This document shows positions 31,744 through 47,085 of a stretch of 64,000 bases of DNA, in pieces. Source of the DNA: Amoebidium appalachense. Lineage: Eukaryota > Protista > Ichthyosporea. The translations under genes were made by a program, and so were the position numbers. The DNA is taken from NCBI GenBank assembly GCA_963693365.1, contig CAVNZM010000018.1:1359861-1423860 (forward strand), in the 5' to 3' direction. The notes below the pieces were generated by a model that was given only the letters and a program-made list of their open reading frames with translations, was not told the origin of the DNA and ran no database searches. Position 1 is the first letter of the stretch. Each line of letters opens with the position of its first letter.

Positions 31744-32138
31744 TCTACGCGCACACCCACACACACAGCTAGAACATAGGGGTTCGGAGCTAGGACACAC
31801 GAGTACAGGGAAACGGAGCTCGGGAGAACGGGCCAATAGGGCTGAGTACAAAATTTCGCAGGCCAACTACGGCGCCCGCGCGCGTCAAGAATAAATGTCC
31901 CTATACAAAGACGTTTATTCTGGCCACTGCACATAATTTTACTCCCCCCCCCCCATCCCACGAGCCTCCCCCCCCCTTACACTCACCTAGCACTCCCTCC
32001 CCCCCCCCCCTTCTTCTACCGCTGTGTCCGCCCACACCCCCGCGTGCTCGGGCACATTCCCCTGCACAGGGCCCCGCTGCCCTCCCTGCCAACCCTCACT
32101 TGGGCCAAGCTGCCCTACTCTAACCCCCCGGGGCCCTG

Positions 32139-32201
<63 letters not shown>

Positions 32202-32239
32202 CTGCCGGGATCTCCCCAAGGGTACACCACCCTTGCTAA

Positions 32240-33884
32240 CCACCCCTTCCCCCGAGGCTCAGACCCGGAGGCCCGCCCGCTGCCCCAGCACCACATTGAC
32301 ACCTCCCGCCTCCGGGAACTGCTGGCCTCCTACCCGGACCAACCATTCGCCGCACAACTCCTCCACGATGTCGAATTCGGCGTCGACATCGGCTATCGCG
32401 GCCCCTCCACCTCTCGGGTGGGCCCCAACCTACCCACCACCCCGGAGGCAGCTGCCGCTATCACGGTGGATATTGCCAAAGAAGTCGCCCTCGGCCACCT
32501 GCGCGGCCCCCTCTCCCCGGCCCAATTCTTTGACGAATTTCCCGTCCACCGTTCCTCCCCCATCGGCGCCGTTACCAAGAAAGGGAACCCCCCCAAGTAC
32601 CGTCGAATCCACCACCTCTCCTGGCCCCGGGGTAGCAGTGTCAATGACAGCATCACCTACCCCGACGAACTTCAGTACATTCGCGCCCGGGATGTCACCC
32701 AACTCATTCTCGACGCAGGCCCCGGCTGCTACATGGCCGTGGCAGATGTGCAGGCTGCCTTCCGGCACATGCCCATCCGACCGGAAGACCACCACTTAAT
32801 GGCATTCAAATGGCAAGGGCATTTTTACGTTGAAACCAGACTGCCCTTCGGCCTGAAATCTAGCCCAGCCATCTGGGAACGGATCGCGGCCACCCTACAG
32901 TGGCTGGCACACCAGCACGGTATTACCCTCATCCGCCACTACGTAGACGACTGGATTATAGTCGCCCCCACACAACAGCAGTGCCAACGTCACCTATCCA
33001 CCTTTCTGCAACTCTGCCGAGAGCTGCACATTGCCATCTCCGAAGACAAGATGCAGGGCCCGGCTACCCGTGTCGTCTTCATCGGTATCGAATTCGACTC
33101 CATCGCCATGGAGGCACGAATCCCGGCTTCCAAGCTCTCGGACCTACTCGACCTCACTTCCCACCCAAAGCCCACCATCACCATTCGGGACCTCCAGTCC
33201 CTCCTCGGCAAACTCACCTGGTGTGCCCAGCTGGTTCCCCCCGGGAGGGCCTTCTCCCAGCGCCTATGGGCCCTTCTCCGGACCCACCCACACCTTGCCG
33301 GCCACCACCACATACGACTGACTGCTGCCGCCCGGGCCGACATAGCCGAATGGCACCAGTTCCTCACATCATGGAATGGGGTGCACCTCATTACACCCCC
33401 CACATACACCACCCTGGCCACTGATGCTGCCGGATCGGTGGGTCTAGGTGGCCACTGGCTCGACCAATGGTTCTTCATGCCCTGGTCCCCCTCCACCCAA
33501 GCCCTCTATGCTCATGAGGGTAAACTCGGTTCTTCCGTCATCGAACTCCTGGCCATCGCAGCCGCCGTGGCCCTCTGGGCCCCCTCCTGGTCCACCCACC
33601 ATGTCCGTATTTTATGCGACAACACGGGTGCTGTGTCTGACCTGCACTCCCGGTCTTCCCCCCACCCCGTGATGGCCAAACTTATTCGGTTCATCACCCG
33701 CATGGAAATGCAATACCAATTTACGTTACAGGCATCCTACCTACCAGGACCCCTCAACCATCTGGCCGATGCCATTTCTCGTAACCAACTTCCCCGGGCC
33801 CGACGACTCCGACCTTCCCTGCAACCGGAGCCCTGCCCCTTCCCCTCCTGGGTCCACGAGTTCCTATCCCTTCCCTTGGGCTAA
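32240..33884 (+). CDS. Reverse transcriptase / RNase H of the Ngaro element (start unresolved)
   Basis: Frame open from 32240: LASYPD..FGVDIGYRG, KYRRIHHLS, ADVQAAFRHMPI, RLPFGLKSSP, HYVDDW, LQSLLGKL; RNase H LATDAAG, IELLAI, CDN, NHLADAISR. Confidence 0.93.
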
Positions 33885-34968
33885 CCCCCCCCCCCCCCCC
33901 CCCCCAGATCTCCCGTTCCGGAGCAACACTGGCAGATTGGCCCCCCACTTTGCTCCGGCCGAGCTGCTTCGAGCCACCACTACCCTGCAGGAATGCCAGG
34001 CCCTGAGTCTCAACCTCGACTCTCGGGCCTTTTACTCCCGGGTGCAAAAAGTGTTCATCGATTTCTGTGTGGCATCTCGGCTGCAATCCTCCTCCGGGTC
34101 CTCCCTCCCGGCCTCCCCACACACCGTGCAACTTTTTCTCGCCTGGTGTGCCCAACGAGGGGTACAGGCCTCTTCCTTAACCGGCTACAATTCGGCCATC
34201 ACCAGGCTCCACCTCGACATGGGCCTCCCTGCTCCCTACCCCCACGACAAGTCTCTGGCCTGGTTCCTACGGGGGGTAGGCCGATGGCAGCTTTCTCACA
34301 ACATCCGACCCCGCTCATCCACCAGGGAACCCCTCCTCCCCTCCCACCTCCACCTACTCCACGGCCAGTGCCCCACCAAGGCCTCCTCGGCCAATCTCCG
34401 GCTATGGACGGCCCTCATCGTCGGTTTCTGTGGTCTCCTCCGTTCAGGGGAATTTACCTCCAAGACCCTGACTTCTTTCGACCCGTCCCGTCACGTTAAA
34501 CGGAAGGACGTGACCTTCAGCTACACCCCCACCGGTACTTTGTCCCATGCCACCCTCCACCTGCCAACCTCTAAGACGGATGTACAGGCCCGAGGTGTCA
34601 ACGTCACCCTAGCTGCCCTGCCCCTCACCCACTTCTCCCCAGCCCATCTCCTCCGGCAGTTCCTGGATACAACGTCCGGTCAACCCGACGACCCCCTCTT
34701 CAGTCTCGGTGGCATCCCCTACACCAAGAGTGCTTTCTCTGCCGATTTCCGTGCCCTCCTCTCCCGGGCAGGCCTCTCACCCTCCCGGTTTGCCGGACAC
34801 AGCCTCCGCATCGGGGGGGCCACAGCACTGGCTGAGGCCGGGGTCGACGACTCCCGGATCAAACAACTCGGCCGGTGGTCCTCCGACTGCTTCCTGATCT
34901 ATACCCGACTTCGTCCGGCCTCCATTGCTGCCACCACCACACGTGTATTCGCCTCTATTCTTAAGTGA
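33769..34968 (+). CDS. Tyrosine recombinase of the Ngaro element
   Basis: GLLRSGEF, SKTD, GHSLRIGGAT, LGRWSSDCFLIY give the R-K-H-R-W-Y catalytic set; overlaps the RNase H end. Confidence 0.95.
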   Translation: MPFLVTNFPGPDDSDLPCNRSPAPSPPGSTSSYPFPWANPPPPPPPDLPFRSNTGRLAPHFAPAELLRATTTLQECQALSLNLDSRAFYSRVQKVFIDFCVASRLQSSSGSSLPASPHTVQLFLAWCAQRGVQASSLTGYNSAITRLHLDMGLPAPYPHDKSLAWFLRGVGRWQLSHNIRPRSSTREPLLPSHLHLLHGQCPTKASSANLRLWTALIVGFCGLLRSGEFTSKTLTSFDPSRHVKRKDVTFSYTPTGTLSHATLHLPTSKTDVQARGVNVTLAALPLTHFSPAHLLRQFLDTTSGQPDDPLFSLGGIPYTKSAFSADFRALLSRAGLSPSRFAGHSLRIGGATALAEAGVDDSRIKQLGRWSSDCFLIYTRLRPASIAATTTRVFASILK

Positions 34969-34997
34969 AACCTTTGGAGCAAGCATTACTGCTCTCG

Positions 34998-35657
34998 TGC
35001 CGTGGTTTACAACCATTGCAGGTTCACTTTCGTCCAAGGGGATGTCCCTCTAGAGGCAACACACGTCCCGGAGTAGTTTTTCATAGAGGTTTTATTTGTG
35101 GAAATTATTGACATAAATATTTTTCTGGGTAAACACGTAGGATGGGTGTTCGATACCAACATAACCATGTAGGCTTCATTTCGTGTTTTAGCAGTTAGCG
35201 GTTGGCTGCCCGCACACGGGCACCTATTAGCCAGTCAAAACATCAGATACCACAGATCACTAGACCGAGTTATGATTGGCTCGGATCAGATTTCACATAT
35301 CACTAGATCGATTTTTGATTGGTTCAGATCGGTAGGCTTAGGTATATAAGCACGACAGTTTTTAGCAGATCAGCAAGCTACAAACACATCTTCTGTGTTT
35401 AGCATCCACAGCCTTACAGCTATATATTCCTTTTCACCCACCCACCTACACCCACACACAACCCCCATTGATCCACACATACGTGCTGTTTTTTCACGGG
35501 GCGAAGCCTTCCCCCGTTTTTTTGGGCACATGGACCTCACGGATCAATAAATTGATGACTGGGGGCTTGCCGTGGTTTACAACCATTGCAGGTTCACTTT
35601 CGTCCAAGGGGATGTCCCCCTAGAGGCAACACACGTCCCGGAGTAGTTTTTCATAGA
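34998..35657 (+). repeat. Ngaro 3' terminal block B1-A2-spacer-B2
   Basis: Direct comparison of repeat copies; spacer 35438-35567 contains AATAAA. Confidence 0.93.
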
Positions 35658-36479
35658 TTTCTGTTTTCTCGAAAGGCTTTGTGCTATTGACCATACTGAC
35701 CTACATACCTCACATAGTGTAGAGTAGTATTTATTTTTGGAGTACATATGTAATGGCTCAGTGATATGTAAACTCCGCAACACGCTATTTCTGGAATCTG
35801 TTAGGGCTAGATTCAGCTATTTGGCTGTGGGCTGGTATGTACCGGTTGAGCACCGAAGAGATCCAAACATGTGGCCATGGAGAGCTCACCGCATTATGAA
35901 CGTGAAAGACTGCTGGGTCAGGGCACCTGAGCACTCAGTCTGGCAGAGTGCACATCTTCAATTGTTACCAACTCTAATTAGTAACGACGCATCTGTAATA
36001 GCTTACTTATTGAACTTCATGATGAGTCTATGTTTTTCGTCCTGCCAAGCTAATAATAAGCTGCTAATTACTGAGGCCCGCACCCCGGTCTGCCGGTTGA
36101 ATCGTATACGCAGCACGCGTATGGTATGCAGGTGAATGGGCAGACCTTCATGGTCTTCAGACAGACAGAGACACCTATCATTCTGTGCGCTATGATAATA
36201 CTAGTAGCTCGGCGTCGAAATAATGCATGAACTTATTACAATAGTTCAGGTGTGCAAGGTATAAATCAAAAATAACATCAGCATACTGTGCACGAACCAT
36301 CAATACAGATACCGTCCGCGAACAAGAACCCCCCAAAATGTGGCCGGGAGGCGGAATCTTAAAGGGGGGTTTACACACTTTTTATTGCGTGGACACTGCC
36401 GGGGGCCCAGCCACATTCGACGGCCTACTGCGTTTTCCAGCGCAGCCAATCAAATTATGGGTAAGCAGCTGCAGAGGCT

Positions 36480-37126
36480 AGCATCGGTAGCTCCGAAAGA
36501 TAGTTAAGGCACCGTATCACAATATCATACTGTGCAGCATTAATAAGGTGATCTAGGATAGTCATTTAAAAACGGATATATTGATGAAGAGAGGGAGAAA
36601 AGAGAATAAAACCGCCAATAATTTCTCCGGTTCTATTACGTTAGCTAACAGGTTACACTTATTGATAAATCTGCATCCGCGAGTAAACCGCCCCCCACAC
36701 ATATTACACATACGAGCAGGAGACACCAGAAACCGATTACACCGCCAAGCCATAATCATCTTTGCGTTTAAATTTTACACCACACCACATTACGAATAAA
36801 CGAATCTATATAGGAACGAGACTCTCTAACTGTATCCGCCATATATGCTACTAGTAGTTAGTGTTTTTGCGGTCCTAACACAGGAAGGGACTCAACACGT
36901 AGAGTAAAAAGATATCTATCAGCCATAGACTTGAAACTAATCATATTCACACTATGATCTAGCCGTACCTCCGTTGGGGTTGCCAGCAGAGAGAGAGGAA
37001 AGGAAAGAGGGGAGAGGTGGGGAGGGGACAGGTCGGATAAAGAAGAGAGTGTGGGAGGGCAAATAATTCTTTAAGCGGCTTATGTGCTTATTGAATTTCA
37101 GCGCGAGATGGGATACTCTAGCAGCT
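36480..37126 (-). mobile_element. LINE 3'-end fragments related to the 14137-16227 element
   Basis: 36988-37126 is a close copy of 14739-14876. 36480-36800 encodes IMAWRCNRF..CNMCGGRFTR..C and ILDHLIN..IVIRCLNYL, paralleling the C-terminus at 14137-14420. Confidence 0.8.
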
Positions 37127-37199
37127 AAACTTTCGTACGTGCGCACGTGCCTAACATGTGTATGACTTACCCATGCATTCGTGTTGGGGTTGCTCAAGA

Positions 37200-40800
<3,601 letters not shown>

Positions 40801-41099
40801 TGGGGGGGGGGGGGGGGCTGGGGAGAAGACTCAAAATTTTATTCAAATGTTTTTAGATTTCGTCTGTATTTTACCGTCTTCATACGTCGGCTCCCAGAGT
40901 ACCATATCGTCCCATCCTGGGTTGTCGCTATTTACATTCGATTTTGCGTAGTCCCTACGTATTGCGGTCGGCCCCATCGATAATTAATTCCATACGTGCT
41001 AATCACAGCATCGCACCAAAAAATAACCTTACTAATCGGCATGTTTCGATGCCACGCTGCTACTATAAATATAAAATACTACGATAGATAGATATGCGA

Positions 41100-42779
41100 C
41101 TATGCGCGGTGGCCCGGCTGGTTCTCGGGCAGGGTCTTGAGGAATGCGCGCCACTCCTCCTCCTCCTGCTGGTGTGTGAGGTACTCCACGCCCTTGGACC
41201 GCGACACACGCAGCAGCCGCTTGCCTGCACGGATGCAGAAGAGCTGGCCCTCGGAAGCGGGGAACAGCCGGTCACGCACATCGGTGTGGATGAAGGGAGT
41301 GGCAATGACGCCCAGCCAGATGACCACGGCAATCCAGTAGTAGTTGATGTTGTACACGTTGAGGGCCTTCTTGCCATATTTGGCAACCTGGCTCTTGTAG
41401 ATGGCGTTGAACGTGAGGCCACCAACCACACCAATGAACGACCAGGCCGTGAGGATGATGCCGTGCAGGGCGCCAATGTTCTTGGTGCCGAACTGGTCGG
41501 CAAGGAAGGCCGGGATCAGGCCGAACCCACCGCCATAGAAGGCCGAGAGGAACCACATGCACACGACATAAGGCCAGAAGGCACCGTTCATGATCATGGT
41601 GGGGGCAAGCAGCACTATGACGGCCTGGAAGCACAGCGACACCATGAACAGGGGCTTGCGGCCAAAGAAGTCCGACGTGAGGCCCATCATGATGCGGCCA
41701 GTCAGGTTGAACCCGGAGTTGACGGACACGACGGTGGAGGCAAGGTCGGCGTCCTTTCCGAACTGCTGCTGGCAAATGTCGGCCAGCTTGGAGATGGTCA
41801 GGAGGCCGGCAATGGCGTTGGCCATGAGCATGAAGTACATCAAGCGGTAGTCCAGGGTGAACATGGCCTCGATCAGCGTCATCTTGATCTCGGGTTCGTG
41901 CAGCACTTCGGGCTCACCGTTCGAACCGTCCAAATCCACCACGGCCGTCAGCGTGGCCTCCCCGGCAGTGCCGGCCTTTGTGTCGGACTTGGTCAGGTCG
42001 GGGGACGGCTGGACGGGCTCCACCTTGGATGGGCCGTGGCCGTGGCCGTGGAACTTGGCACCGAGCTTGGCCTTCATGGCAAGAACAAAGTCCTCTGGGG
42101 GGGTGCGCAGGACAAAGGTGCAGGCCATCATGATGGCAAAGTACACGGACCCAAGGATGATGAACGTGAGGGGCACACCGTGGGAGTTGATAAGGGCATT
42201 CTGCACCTTGGCCGCAATCATCGACCCGCCGCCAAACCCGCACACGGCCATGCCGGACACAACACCACGGTAATCGGGGAACCACTTCTGCAGGGGAGAC
42301 ACGGGGGTGATGTAGGAGAGGCCGAGGCCCAGGCCGCCAATGAAACCGTAGCCGATGTAGAGTAGAGGGAAGAGACCCTTCCACACGGCAAGGGCGGCCA
42401 GCAGGTTGCCGATGTAGAAGAGGGTGGTGGAGAGCATGAGCGCCTTGCGGGGGCCCTCGCGCTCAAGCCACGGCCCAAAGAGGGCGGCAGAGGGCCCGAA
42501 TGTGCCCACAGCCACGTAAAAGGTGTTGGCCGCCATGCCGAGGTAGTCGGCAGGGGTCTTGCCGTTGACGTTTGCAATGTACTTCTCGATGGGTGTGTTG
42601 AAGACGGACCAGGCGTAGAGGGAGCCCACGCACAGCTGCACGAGCACGGCGGCGGGCAGCAGCATCATGCGGTGGAAGGGCACCAGCCCGAGCAGTTTGC
42701 GCTCGGCCTCCTCCTGGGCGGGAGTTTTGCGCTGGGCAGTGTCGGAGTAGTGCCACACGAACCACGCGCCGATACCCAT
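41100..42779 (-). CDS. MFS transporter, OFA (oxalate:formate antiporter / monocarboxylate)-like, 559 aa, intronless
   Basis: QLCVGSLYAWSVF, GPWLEREGPR, YGFIGGLGLGLSYITPV..KWFPDYRG..GMAVCGFGGGS, FNLTGR..SDFFGRK, YGGGFGLIPAFLADQFG; about 12 hydrophobic helices. Start placed at MGIGAW by comparison with the paralogue. Confidence 0.93.
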   Translation of the reverse strand: MGIGAWFVWHYSDTAQRKTPAQEEAERKLLGLVPFHRMMLLPAAVLVQLCVGSLYAWSVFNTPIEKYIANVNGKTPADYLGMAANTFYVAVGTFGPSAALFGPWLEREGPRKALMLSTTLFYIGNLLAALAVWKGLFPLLYIGYGFIGGLGLGLSYITPVSPLQKWFPDYRGVVSGMAVCGFGGGSMIAAKVQNALINSHGVPLTFIILGSVYFAIMMACTFVLRTPPEDFVLAMKAKLGAKFHGHGHGPSKVEPVQPSPDLTKSDTKAGTAGEATLTAVVDLDGSNGEPEVLHEPEIKMTLIEAMFTLDYRLMYFMLMANAIAGLLTISKLADICQQQFGKDADLASTVVSVNSGFNLTGRIMMGLTSDFFGRKPLFMVSLCFQAVIVLLAPTMIMNGAFWPYVVCMWFLSAFYGGGFGLIPAFLADQFGTKNIGALHGIILTAWSFIGVVGGLTFNAIYKSQVAKYGKKALNVYNINYYWIAVVIWLGVIATPFIHTDVRDRLFPASEGQLFCIRAGKRLLRVSRSKGVEYLTHQQEEEEWRAFLKTLPENQPGHRA

Positions 42780-44378
42780 GTTGATGATTGAAAAAAAGCG
42801 AAAGGGCCGCGTTGGGCTAAATATGTGGAAGTTTTCGAAGTCTTCCTGCTGAAGCTTTGCAGCCGACGGCACGATGAGTCTCCACTCGACGAAACTTCGC
42901 TTGACCGATGCTGTGCTGATGGGCTTTTGCGAAGAATCGAAGCTACAGGCTGACTGAACGATGATGCGTTAAAGCGGCGTTTATATACTTTCTGTGCCTC
43001 GGAGGAGGGTAAAAGGACCACCTTGCAAAAGCTTGACACTGTGCACTGGCGGCTTCGGGAGCCATGGAATGTGGAAGAGTGGCATTGGTTGTTTTGTAAA
43101 TAGCCAATATTGGCAATAGAGCTAAGGTATCTGCTAAGAAAAAATATAAATATATGATTGTATATACCATGCATTTATTTTTATTTTTACAAGAGCTAAT
43201 AACGAAACCTTCTGGAAAGAAAACGAAAAATAAAGCCAGGTCATTGATAATGGGAACCAATCCGGAATCTCTAAAGTACAATCGACGTGATTGGACGATC
43301 ACAGATCACAGATCAATGGCATGACGCTTATGATTGGCTACTCACTTTTGTAAAGGTAAGCACCCGCAGACAGAATTCTCTGCCGTCTGGGCTTTACCCG
43401 TGAAGGTCATTGTCCAGTTATGTACAGAGTTATTTGAAAGTTGCCTTATTTTTTGGTTAAAGAAATGTCAAAAGAAGGTTGGCCTTAGGATTAAAAAAAC
43501 ATCAAGCTTATTCAGAGTACAAGGACATTCATTTCACACCAACTCAAGGTCGTATCCAATCGAAATGGACGGAAGCGCGCTCGCCTCTGGCCATAGAGCA
43601 GGTTGTTGAAGTGTGGGGCAAGGTGACAATGCAGCGGAAAAAACATTAAAAATAAAGCCTTATATTCAACTTTGTATTAATTTTGTTCATACAAAGCCAC
43701 ATAGAACTCTGCACAACTCTGTGACGGTGTACGAAGTTACACTGACTCTGAAATAAATTCTTGCCGACCCGTGCCTCGGAGTCGTGGCAGTTTAAAACTT
43801 TGCACCACAACAAGGAAAAAACAATCGGTGGTGGAGCCAACCAAAAAAGCCGCAACGATCAAAGCATTTTGACAGCAAATCCCGTGATCGTTTGTGCTCC
43901 GAAAAGTTTCAAACAAAGGTAAAGGTAAAAACATAAAATATCTACCTATTGGGTGCTGAGAAATCATAAACATTTTTGAATTTATTTCTTTACATACATA
44001 TAGAACGACAAAGTCCAAAGGTAAGGAGTCACCTGGCCTTTATCTCGCCCGTGAGCCACTTCAACTTGAGATGGCTTTTTTGCCCTTCTCTAACAATTCT
44101 TCTAGCCAATCGTGGACTATTCATTTCCGATTGGTCAGTGCAATAAGTCAAGAAAGTATATAAAACTCGTCATAGCCTTTATCCATCAGTCAGCCGCCTC
44201 TTCGAGTCTTCGCCACAGCACAATCGCACGGCACCGACCATCGCAACAGCGAACTTTTCGTCGAGCGTGCGAAGACTCACCGCGCACGTGCCATCGGCTG
44301 CAATTTTCGCCGTCACCACTTCCAAAACTCTTCAACCAGACAGCCCACTAGTGGCCTCTTCTATTTCCGAACATCAAC

Positions 44379-46052
44379 ATGGGTCTCGGCGCGTGGTTCG
44401 TGTGGCACTACTCCGACACTGCCCAGCGCAAAACCCCCGCCCAGGAGGAGGCCGAGCGCAAACTGCTCCGGCTGGTTCCCTTCCACCGCATGATGCTGCT
44501 GCCCGCCGCCGTGCTCGTGCAGCTGTGCGTAGGCTCTCTCTACGCCTGGTCCGTCTTCAACACGCCCATCGAAAAATACATTGCAAACGTCAACGGCAAG
44601 ACCCCTGCCGACTACCTCGGTATGGCAGCCAACACTTTCTACGTGGCTGTGGGCACTTTCGGGCCTTCTGCCGCCCTCTTTGGGCCGTGGCTTGAGCGCG
44701 AGGGCCCCCGCAAGGCGCTCATGCTCTCCACCACCCTCTTCTACATCGGCAACCTGCTGGCCGCCCTTGCCGTGTGGAAGGGTCTCTTCCCTCTACTCTA
44801 CATCGGCTACGGTTTCATTGGCGGCCTGGGCCTCGGCCTCTCCTACATCACCCCCGTGTCTCCCCTGCAGAAGTGGTTCCCCGACTACCGTGGTGTTGTG
44901 TCCGGCATGGCCGTGTGCGGGTTTGGCGGCGGGTCGATGATTGCGGCCAAGGTGCAGAATGCCCTTATCAACTCCCACGGTGTGCCCCTCACGTTCATCA
45001 TCCTTGGGTCCGTGTACTTTGCCATCATGATGGCCTGCACCTTTGTCCTGCGCACCCCCCCAGAGGACTTTGTTCTTGCCATGAAGGCCAAGCTCGGTGC
45101 CAAGTTCCACGGCCACGGCCACGGCCCATCCAAGGTGGAGCCCGTCCAGCCGTCCCCCGACATGACCAAGTCCGACGCAAAGGCCGCCGGGGAGGCCACG
45201 CTGACGGCTGTGGTGGATTTGGACGGTTCGAACGGTGAGCCCGAGGTGCTGCACGAGCCCGAGATCAAGATGACGCTGATCGAGGCCATGTTCACCCTGG
45301 ACTACCGCCTGATGTACTTCATGCTCATGGCCAACGCCATTGCCGGCCTCCTGACCATCTCCAAGCTGGCCGACATTTGCCAGCAGCAGTTCGGAAAGGA
45401 CGCCGACCTTGCCTCCACCGTCGTGTCCGTCAACTCCGGGTTCAACCTGACTGGCCGCATCATGATGGGCCTCACGTCGGACTTCTTTGGCCGCAAGCCC
45501 CTGTTCATGGTGTCGCTGTGCTTCCAGGCCGTCATAGTGCTGCTTGCCCCCACCATGATCATGAACGGTGCCTTCTGGCCTTATGTCGTGTGCATGTGGT
45601 TCCTCTCGGCCTTCTACGGCGGTGGGTTCGGCCTGATCCCGGCCTTCCTTGCCGACCAGTTCGGCACCAAGAACATTGGCGCCCTGCACGGCATCATCCT
45701 CACGGCCTGGTCGTTCATTGGTGTGGTTGGTGGCCTCACGTTCAACGCCATCTACAAGAGCCAGGTTGCCAAATATGGCAAGAAGGCCCTCAACGTGTAC
45801 AACATCAACTACTACTGGATTGCCGTGGTCATCTGGCTGGGCGTCATTGCCACTCCCTTCATCCACACCGATGTGCGTGACCGGCTGTTCCCCGCTGCCG
45901 AGGGCCAGCTCTTCTGCATCCGTGCGGGCAAGCGGCTGCTGCGTGTGTCGCGGTCCAAGGGCGTGGAGTACCTCACACACCAGCAGGAGGAGGAGGAGTG
46001 GCGCGCATTCCTCAAGACCCTGCCCGAGAACCAGCCGGGCCACCGCGCATAG
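44379..46052 (+). CDS. MFS transporter, OFA-like, 557 aa, inverted paralogue of 41100-42779
   Basis: Same motifs; differs by a few substitutions and a 2-aa indel; TATA-like TATATAAA at ~44157. Confidence 0.95.
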   Translation: MGLGAWFVWHYSDTAQRKTPAQEEAERKLLRLVPFHRMMLLPAAVLVQLCVGSLYAWSVFNTPIEKYIANVNGKTPADYLGMAANTFYVAVGTFGPSAALFGPWLEREGPRKALMLSTTLFYIGNLLAALAVWKGLFPLLYIGYGFIGGLGLGLSYITPVSPLQKWFPDYRGVVSGMAVCGFGGGSMIAAKVQNALINSHGVPLTFIILGSVYFAIMMACTFVLRTPPEDFVLAMKAKLGAKFHGHGHGPSKVEPVQPSPDMTKSDAKAAGEATLTAVVDLDGSNGEPEVLHEPEIKMTLIEAMFTLDYRLMYFMLMANAIAGLLTISKLADICQQQFGKDADLASTVVSVNSGFNLTGRIMMGLTSDFFGRKPLFMVSLCFQAVIVLLAPTMIMNGAFWPYVVCMWFLSAFYGGGFGLIPAFLADQFGTKNIGALHGIILTAWSFIGVVGGLTFNAIYKSQVAKYGKKALNVYNINYYWIAVVIWLGVIATPFIHTDVRDRLFPAAEGQLFCIRAGKRLLRVSRSKGVEYLTHQQEEEEWRAFLKTLPENQPGHRA

Positions 46053-46524
46053 TCGTATATCTATTTATAACAGCTTAGACTATTTATAGCAGTATTTGTA
46101 TAATTTATAGTAGCAGCGTGGCATCGAAACATGCCGATTAAGAAGGTTGATTTTTGGTGCTATGCTGCATGAGCACGTATGAACGAAATATTGAATAGGC
46201 CGACTGCCCGATACGTAGTCACAACACATATCCGAATGTAAATAGCGAATATCCAAGTGTGGGGCGAAATGGTGCTCTGGGAGCCGATGTATGAAGACGG
46301 TAAAATACAGACGATAAAAATAATAATTGCCTAAAACTTTGAGTCTTTCCCCCAGGCCCCCCTCCCCTCATCCCTTCCCCCCCCCTTCCCCCCCCCCCCC
46401 CCCAAAAAAAGCAACATATACATAATCCCATCGATTCCAACGTACACACGCACACATACACCCACACGCACACAAACATACACACACACAACCCACACAC
46501 TCCCACCCCCTGCATGCACGTGCG

Positions 46525-46588
<64 letters not shown>

Positions 46589-46924
46589 TCTCGCCACCAC
46601 CACCAGGGCGCGCGCACGCACACACAGACAAACACAAACACAACTCAAATACACGGTTTCCCAACCTCAGATTCATGTGCGCGTGCACACACTCACGGCG
46701 AGCACTGACAAGGTGTGCACATGATTTGTATGCACACCCACTGCCATCTGCATACATGCGCCGTACAAAATTTTACCACAAAAACATGTGCTCATAGGGA
46801 CGAGTGCTTTGCAATCGGGCAAGCACACCATATCCACACACGAGCTCGCACACACACAAACACACAAACAGACACAGGCACACTTGCATGCAGCCTCGTG
46901 AACATAAAAACAACCATGCACGCA

Positions 46925-46955
<31 letters not shown>

Positions 46956-47085
46956 TCTGACACTATTCAATATTGAGTATATGGAAGATGCCATATGTAA
47001 ACCAGTCATTGCACGTTCTCAGTTCGGACATGTGAAATCTTTTTTCATTTTTATAATGGACTTTAATTCCCGACAGCGATGACCG

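Larger units (their letters stand above)
30184..35657 (+). mobile_element. Ngaro-type (DIRS order) tyrosine-recombinase retrotransposon with split direct repeats A1...B1-A2-spacer-B2
   Basis: A1 30184-30534 = A2 35087-35437 (351 bp, identical by eye); B1 34998-35087 = B2 35568-35657 (90 bp, 1 mismatch); gag, RT/RNase H and YR ORFs; no methyltransferase domain seen. Confidence 0.95.

Noticed and set aside
42780-42872. 31-aa N-terminal extension of the minus-strand MFS ORF
   Set aside because: It begins at a non-ATG codon and is absent from the paralogue; the ATG at 42779 is preferred.
41094-46043. Long antisense ORFs (423 aa and 416 aa) over the MFS genes, and similar ones over copia and Ngaro
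   Set aside because: Expected shadow ORFs of GC3-rich coding sequence, with no recognisable motifs.
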